Source: the human T2T-CHM13v2.0 reference genome, Homo sapiens
Reading direction: 5' to 3' (one strand)
Length of the DNA: 64,000 nt
Assembly: GCF_009914755.1 (NCBI RefSeq)
Contig: NC_060931.1
Shown here: positions 56,061 through 64,000 of the stretch, in pieces
Layout of the letters: every line of letters starts with the position of its first letter
Numbering within the stretch: position 1 is the stretch's first letter
Notes under the pieces: generated by a model
What the model was told of the DNA's origin: nothing
What the model saw: only the letters and a program-made list of their open reading frames with translations
The model's database searches: none
Made by a program: the position numbers and the translations under genes

Positions 56061-56438
56061 TTCGTCTAACAATAACTTCCTTTGGTAGTTTTGGTAGTCT
56101 AATGTCAAGTAGCTTGTAGTGGGGACAAACGCATGGCACAGGGAAAACAAGTGCCATTATTTTCGAGCTTTTTAAAAAATTTAGACTGCCCCTCCTTGAT
56201 AATTTTCTAGTTCTTATACATGGGTAGATAGGTTCCTTTGTGATCCTTGTAGACTTTTAGCATCAATAAAAGAAATGTGGGGGTTACACACGTGAATGTT
56301 ACTTCTGAGACATCAGTTTATAGTACAATGATTTACTACCAAAAAGATGAATGTAACTGTACTGTTACAAAGTGGAAAATAACAGTTTCCACTTTTCTAG
56401 AACATATTATGGTTCATGGCATTCCAAAATGAAGTAAG

Positions 56439-56740
56439 GGCCGGGCGAGGTGGCTCACGCCTGTAATCCCAACACTTTGGGAGGTCGAGGCAGGTGGATC
56501 ACCTGAGGTCAGGAGTTCGAGACCAGCCTGACCAACATGGCGAAACCCCATCTCTACTAAAAATACAAAAATTAGCCAGGCGTGATAGCACTCGCCTGTA
56601 ATCCCAGCCATTCAGGAGGCTGAGGCGGGAGAATCACTTGATGCAGTGAGCCGAGATCGTGCCACTGCACTCCAGGCTGGGTGACAAAGCAAGAATCTGT
56701 CTCAAAAAAAAAAAAAGAAAAGAAAAGAAAAAGAAAAAGA
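56439..56740 (+). mobile_element. AluSx-like with a short right-arm deletion
   Basis: Alu dimer; gaatcacttg joins atgcagtgag, so ~17 nt are missing. Confidence 0.92.
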
Positions 56741-56796
56741 GTAGGATATTGGGAAAATAACATATAATATCTTCTATATGGTTATTCATATTTTTA

Positions 56797-56797
<1 letters not shown>

Positions 56798-56829
<32 letters not shown>
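56798..56829 (+). repeat. (CA)16 microsatellite
   Basis: Direct dinucleotide run. Confidence 0.95.
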
Positions 56830-56831
<2 letters not shown>

Positions 56832-57538
56832 CTGTATCTCGAGCTCCTCTCTGGTTATGGAGAAGAGGCAGAGCACCAGGTGCATAGGCTGAGACTGCAG
56901 ACACCTGAGCATCCTATGCTGTGAGGCGAAAGCATCCGGTTTTTTCGGGATGGGCCTGTCCAGGAAGGTTCTCGAATGCCACGTGATTAGAAAATTTGCC
57001 GCTGACTGGTTGTGCGAATCAAACAATAGGATTTCCTTATTTCTATTTCTGAGCATAATGAGAACCCTTTAAGGGAACTCATTGTCTTTAAATCAGCCAG
57101 CCTCTAGTGAGGTCATGGAGACATGGGAAGCAGGTATTCACATTAGCTCTATTCAAGAGGAAGAGGAGGAGGGAGTGTGCGCAGGCGCCCTAGGGTCTTC
57201 CCCAGCACACGTTGGGAAGAAGGGGTCTGCAAGCATGCGCACAATTGCCAGCTCAGGCTAAGGACTGCAGGAGGTTCCAGGTGGGTTGCGGGCTTCGGGC
57301 AGGCTATGGTGAGGGGTCCTGAGGGCCTTGGTGACCGCTGCAGGGAGTTGGACTTTTTGAAGCGTGGCTCAAGAAAAACCCATGTTTAATTCCTGCCTTT
57401 CGCTTCCTCAGCAGCCTTTCTGGGCCCAGGCAGGGGCCTCGAGCCAGGGAAGGATCCTTTGATGACCAGAGGGGACAGCAGGGAGGGCACAGCGTGGTCG
57501 TCCACGGTCACTTGCGCACGAGCCAGTGCTGCTGCTGG

Positions 57539-57928
57539 TGTTAGACAACAACTTTTATCAAAGTGGTTTAATGTACAGCAGCAACAAAGCTGCTTTGTGG
57601 AGCAGGGCTCCCAATAGGCAGTGTGCCCAGAGTAGCAGCTCGGAAGCAGTACTGCAATCACATTTATACCCACTTTCAACTATATGCAAATTTAGGGGTG
57701 GATTATGCCAAAATTTCTAGAAAAAAGGTCGTAACTTCCAGGTCGTGGGATTGTTGCTATGGAAAGGAGCCAAAACTTCCAGCTGTTGCCTTAGCAATGG
57801 TAACCTGACGTGGCACTGGTGAGTGTGTTTTATGGAGAGACTCTTTCACCTCTTCCCTTTCAGCTTGTCTTCAGTGTGGTCTGGAGCCCAATCCCCACCT
57901 CCAGAGTCTAGTCCTGCCTCCTACCTCA
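57539..57928 (-). mobile_element. ERV1 solo LTR (MER51-like)
   Basis: Reverse complement starts TGAGGTAGGAGGCAGGACT and ends ...TAACA; contains the octamer ATGCAAAT. Confidence 0.65.
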
Positions 57929-59557
57929 GTAATAAAAAGTAGTAGTATATGGTTAATTGTCAAATACATTTGCAAAGTGTAATCAAAGATACATTACCAA
58001 TCTGAATCTCAAAATGTGCTATCATCTTTGAATTTGAATAATGTATTATTAAAGAAGTTACAGTTTTCCTTTACATTCAATAACATTTCTTTAGTGGTTT
58101 TCTTTTTCAGATACTTTGATTATGATCTTTTTTTTTTCATCTTTGTATCCCCGTTATACAACCCAGTGCCTGGCATAGAAAGTGGGATCAACAAATGTTT
58201 GGAAAATGAATTGTAAAGTTGACTTTCCTGTACCTTTTTAATATTAGATTTCTAGCTACCAGACTTTTGACCATTTTCTAAATTTTCTACCATAGATAAC
58301 AGAAAATTCTTTCGCGCAAGCATGTCATTGTATTAATGATATTCTCCTGCCCTAAGGAAATTTACTTCCCTTCAAGCACAGGGTCCCCCAAATTACTGTA
58401 TTTCCACCCCTTTCAGCTTATTTTATCCTTTTCTCCTGCTACAGAACAGTTGGCATTCACCATTCCCTTCGGTAAAGTCTTTTTTTAGGCTGTGGCTTAA
58501 AGGTTGCTTTTTCCCCCATAGCTCAAGGTTAGGCCTTGTGACCTCACTTATGTAATTTGAGTGATTTGATAGCACAAATCAATTTTATACTTAAATTACA
58601 GCATAAAACAGCACTGCCTCCTGTTGGAAAAACTTGCTTGCTAATTTTAACCAGACACAGTAAAAATACTGTCCAATACCTCAAAAATTGTGTAAATATA
58701 TATCCATTTCAATTGTCCCCCTTCCTCTCCTCTCCTTTTATCTCTTGGAAGATAAAAATGTATGGGTCCTGTGCTGATAATGTTTCTGTTCATATTTCTA
58801 TGCCCTGGTACCTGGATCAGCTTTTGTTCTACACAAAAAGACTTGTATCTGGCTTATTTCTGAAAGCTAGTGTTGGCCATGATGAACTTTTAGAGCAAAA
58901 GATTTCAGGCAGAGTACATTCTTACATATTCTTACACAATCAATATTCAGTTCCAGCCCGCACAGTAGCCCTAGCAAATGCCAGTGCTCCTTCCAGAGAT
59001 TCACCTATGGATTCAGTACCCCAGAAGAGAATTTCTGTAAATTCTTGGGGAAGCTATAGCTAGACTATGGCTCAACACTCATTTTTCCCCCATGATTCTT
59101 AATCTAACAGTGGCAATGTTGGCCTCTTCTTAGGCAACTAGATTCGGTTCTTGCTTATTCTGCCAATAAAATACTTTATTGAGATGCTTACAAATTTGTC
59201 CCCTCCTCTTTATTTCTTTAAGAAGTTATCACTCCATATACTGGATGTTTAGTTATAATTATTGGTTTGAGTCTTATTTTTATACTTTCAATCACATTCT
59301 TTGCCTAATTCTTCTCATATTTTTATATTTTCTTTCCCTCCTCATAATTCTCTTTACATACCACTAAGTTTAGGCACTTGGACTTTTTTTACTTTCAAAA
59401 TGGTGTTATATTGTGCATATCCTCTTGACTTCATACGTCTGAAGACTCCTAGACTATCTTTTCTACTACATGCTAGCAGAATGTATCATGATGAACACTG
59501 AAGAGAATTGCATACCACTGCTCAAAAATTAAACACACACACTTGCATGCATGCAAA

Positions 59558-59592
<35 letters not shown>

Positions 59593-59875
59593 AGGATAGA
59601 CATCTCAATCTCAAGAAATAAAAAGGAAAGAAAGACTTTCTGACTTCCAGTTCTGCAGAAGGATCAACTCCAGGTTTTAAGCCTGAATTATCAAAATTTG
59701 TCTCCAGTAGGCAGAGAAGGCCTTCTTCTTGGAAAGCCACTGATTCTTTCTTGTGTTAAAGGAGATAACTAATATTCTCTGTAGGTCCCTCTATAACAGC
59801 TTGCACATGAAGACCTAGATCAAGATTGTCTCTGATGCTCAGTTAGGGTTACTCAGAATCAATAAGATCAATGGA

Positions 59876-60183
59876 GGCCGGGTGCATTGGCTCACGCCTG
59901 TAATCCCAGCACTTTGGGAGGCCAAGGAGGGTGGATAATGAGGTCAGGAGATCGAGACCATCCTGGCCAACATGGTGAAACCCCATCTCTACTAAAAATA
60001 CCAAAAAAGAAAAAATAATGAGCCGGGTGTGGTGGTGCAAGCCTGTAGTCCCAGCTACTCAGGAGGCTGAGGCAGGAGAATCACTTGAGCCCAGGAGGCG
60101 GAGGTTGCAGTGAGCCAAGATCGTGCTGCTGCACTCCAGTCTGGGTGACAGAACGAGACTCCATCTCAAAAAAAAAAAAAAAA
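59876..60183 (+). mobile_element. AluS (Sc-like)
   Basis: Full dimer with poly(A); TSD atcaatgga. Confidence 0.93.
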
Positions 60184-60534
60184 TCAATGGAACATAGATC
60201 TTATGGTAAAGGTGGCTAGATAATTAGTACAATACTCCCATAGAGAATAATGTTAACACTCTGGATAAAATAAATTAAATAGTAAGCTTCAAAGACCTAA
60301 CAAAAGAGTGAGGAATTTCTAGAACAAACCTAAGAAAATTGAAAACCCAGAAACCTAAGCCTGATAAGCAGCCACTTTTGCCCTTAGGGTATTTTCAGGT
60401 CAAGTAGAAACAGCTTAAAGATGGAGCCACAATTTGGGATTTGGTAATTTTATAGGATAATCAGGATAAAAGTAAAATCCACAATCCATCCAAAGTGAAG
60501 AATGTCATCCTCGCCTTACTTTTAGAAAGGAGCC

Positions 60535-60897
<363 letters not shown>

Positions 60898-62167
60898 TTA
60901 AAGCGGTCTTTCTCCAATAGTGTCTCAAGATTTGGCATTAAAAAGGAATTGTACCTGGAGGATGATACTAATATTTTGGGCCTTAAATTTTCCCTTGAAC
61001 ACTTCTTTTTAAATGTAATGTCTAGCACTCAGAGAAAACCAAACACCAAAAGAAACATGATGCAATGAGAAAACCAAACAAAAAGTAACAGAAACAAATA
61101 AGCAAAAACTTGAGATACTATAATGATCAGATATGGGTGTAAAATAAGTATACTTACAATATCTAAGACAATTTTTAAGCAGTCTTTAAAATGTCTTCAG
61201 AAAATAGGAAAATATAAAACTGACATGATACATTTGCAAACATACCAAATAAAACTATTAGAATTGACAAACGGAATGTGGCAGCCATAAAACATGCCAC
61301 CCATGTCACCAGCTCTGGAGAGTATGATTGGTAAATGGCCCTGCTTCTGTCCTTCTGGACCCACCACCATGTTTGTGCCAAAGGCATGCCACCTGCAGAC
61401 TGCTCCCAGCCAGTGAGCTAGCACATTGGCATGGTGAGGGTACTCAGGCTCCTCCTGGAAAGACATGAGCTTCCTCTAACTGGTGGCTTGGCTCAAAGAC
61501 TCTCTCTTGGCTCTCTGAATCTTTCCTGGAACTGCACTGCCCACGACTCTTCCTAACCAAACCTTCTTTCTTTCCACTCTCCCTTCACAGGTGTCAAACC
61601 ATTATGGTCTGAAATCTATCCTTCCCTCTACATGCTTCTGCCTCCATTAAATTTTTTGTACATCCAATCCAGTTTTGGTGTTTCCTCCTTCACAAACCTG
61701 AACTTATATAACTGAAATTAACAACTCAGTGGACAGATTTAATGGATTAAACAGTGCTGAAGAGAGAATCAGGATAGAAGAAAATACGGAATGCAGCCCA
61801 GAGATACCAAATAGATAGGCAATGTGGAGAGAGGGTAAGAAATATAGAGAAAAGAGTGAGAAGATTTAACATATTAATCATCATTCTGAAAGAATGGAAA
61901 AACATAGGTTCACAGAGATAAGGCAAAAAGAAAAAAGGAATAGAAAAACAGGAGTTAAGACAATATCTGAAAACATGAGAATTTTCCAGAACAGATAAAA
62001 TATATCAATCCACTAATTCAATTAAACCAATAAACTTAAAGCAGAAAAAAAGACATATTATAAAAGAGTGAAAATTGGACTGACAACTGACTTCTAAAAA
62101 GAGGCAAAAAAAAAAACCTGTTCTGCACAAGACTTCTATTACACATATACAAAGAACACCCTGGATT

Positions 62168-62670
62168 CTGTGATAGTTAATTTTATGTGTCAGCTTGATT
62201 GAACTAAAGGATGCCTAGATAGCTAGTAAGATATTATTTCTGTGTGTGTTTGTGAAGGTGTTTCCAGAAGAGATTAGCATTTGAATCCGTAGATTCAAAC
62301 GAGTAAAGAAGTTCTGCCATCACCAATAGGGGCAGACATCGTCTAGTCTGTTGAAGTTCCAAATAGAACAAAAAGGCAGCAAAGGGCAATTCATTCTCTC
62401 CTCTCGAGCTGGGACATCCATCTTCTCCTGCCTTCAAACAATGGAGCTCCTGGTTCTCAAGCCTTTGAACTCTTGGACTTACACCAACAACCTCCCACAC
62501 ACACACCTGGTTCTTGGACCTTTGGCCTCAAACTGGGAGAGTTACATCATCAGCTTCCCTGGTTCTCAGGCCTTCAAACTTAGATTGGATTACACCATCA
62601 GCTTTCCTAGTTCTCCAGCTCACAGACAGCATATTATGGGGCTCTCAGCCTCCATAATCATGCAGACCAA

Positions 62671-62706
<36 letters not shown>

Positions 62707-62752
62707 GCACACACAATGGGTTCTCTATTTTTGGAGAACCCTCACGAATACA
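62168..62752 (+). mobile_element. MLT2 (ERVL) LTR with internal (CA)n
   Basis: tgtgatagttaattttatgtgtcagcttga...ggagaaccctcacgaataca. Confidence 0.85.
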
Positions 62753-63199
62753 GCTGCCATTAGGAAGAAGGTCAGGATCACTGAGAAAGCCCAGTGCCCA
62801 AAGCCCAGGCACATAGGGCATGCCTAAGACTGAAGCTATGTAAGAACAACAAAGAACACTTCTCTGCCCTTGCCATATATCTAAAAAAATACTGGGTGAT
62901 TAACAAGCAATCCAGTCTACTATAGGGAAGTGTCAAAGCCTGGAACCACCCTCTATGAAGTGGAGTTATGCAGAGATAACTGAAATCTGAGGGTGAATGG
63001 AACAGGAACACCAGGTAAAGCCCTGTGGCATTTCAGTCCCCACCTAAGCACAAGGCAACACTAAACAAATTAAAAACCTAAGATGCACTGAAGGTAACCA
63101 TAGCAACAACCCCAACCCAGTTCAACTCTTAATTAGATTGACTCAACTGAACACTAACAGCCTGACAGAAGAAGAGGCATAACCATTCTAGGTATAAAT

Positions 63200-64000
63200 A
63201 CTATTTATCCCAATCTACTTTCCTACTGTGCATATTTACAATTTAATGAAGTTATAATGTATTCAGAAAAGCAAAAGTATAATAATCCATAATAAAAGGA
63301 CAAAACAATCCACAGAACCAGACTCAGAAATAATCCAGAAGTGGGACAGGGACTTTAAAATAATTATGATTACTATGCTAAAGGACGAAGTGAAAAATGT
63401 AGACAACATGTAATAAAATTTTAGGCATTTCAACAGAGAAATGGAAACTATAAGAGTCAAATGTAAATGTTAGAAATTAAAAACATTCTATGAGAAATGA
63501 AGTATTCCTTAAGGGTTACATCAGTAGACTTGACACAGTTGAGGAAGGAATCAGTGAAATTGAAAATAAGTTAATAGAAATTGTTCAAACTGAGCAAAAG
63601 GAGAAAAACAAATGAGGGGAAAACAATATCTAGGAGTTATGAAATTATATCAAGCAGTTTAACATACCTGTCAAAAAGGGAGAATGGACAGAAGAAATAT
63701 TTGAAAAGGAAATGGTTAAGACTTTTCTAAAAGTATTGAAGGACACCAAACTACAGATCCAAGAAACAGAGAGCTCCAAGCAGGGTAAACACATAACAAA
63801 GCAAAACAGAAAATCTAGACATTTTATACTTAAACTGTTGAGAACCAATGATAAAGAGGAAGTCTTAAATATAACTAGGGGGAAAGGACATTATATTAGA
63901 AGAATAAATATTAGAATTGCAGCTGATTTTTTGTCATAAACTACAATTCAGAACACAATTGAATAGCATCTTTATAATACTGAAATACAAAAAACTACCC
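63200..64000 (+). mobile_element. Old L1M ORF1-region remnant
   Basis: A-rich, with ORF1-like peptide (KLQIQE..RHFILKLL..IRIAADF). Confidence 0.65.

Noticed and set aside
59558-59592. (GC)n(AC)n potential Z-DNA tract
   Set aside because: Common microsatellite with no supporting context.

Overview
Primate, almost certainly human, genomic DNA from the GIMAP (GTPase of immunity-associated protein) cluster, which in human is 7q36.1. Two complete + strand genes can be spliced by eye: GIMAP2 (CDS 21970-21997 + 27225-28210, 337 aa) and GIMAP1 (CDS 53958-54000 + 54958-55835, 306 aa). Most of the rest is L1, Alu, MaLR/ERV LTR and DNA-transposon relics, plus a decayed EIF2A processed pseudogene (- strand, ~11450-12860). 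Main finding: 8579-18216 reads as one ~9.6 kb twin-primed L1PA insertion bounded by a 17-bp target-site duplication (TSD). Its two L1 halves lie in opposite orientations, break at the same L1 position, and enclose ~3.4 kb of apparently 5'-transduced DNA carrying the EIF2A pseudogene. Other findings: a 391-bp perfectly identical tract shared by two inverted L1s that flank GIMAP2, a full-length L1 that appears to have inserted with a deletion, and a recursive-splice-like AG|GTAAG acceptor on the GIMAP1 start-codon exon. All alignments were done by eye; repeat subfamily names and repeat edges are approximate.
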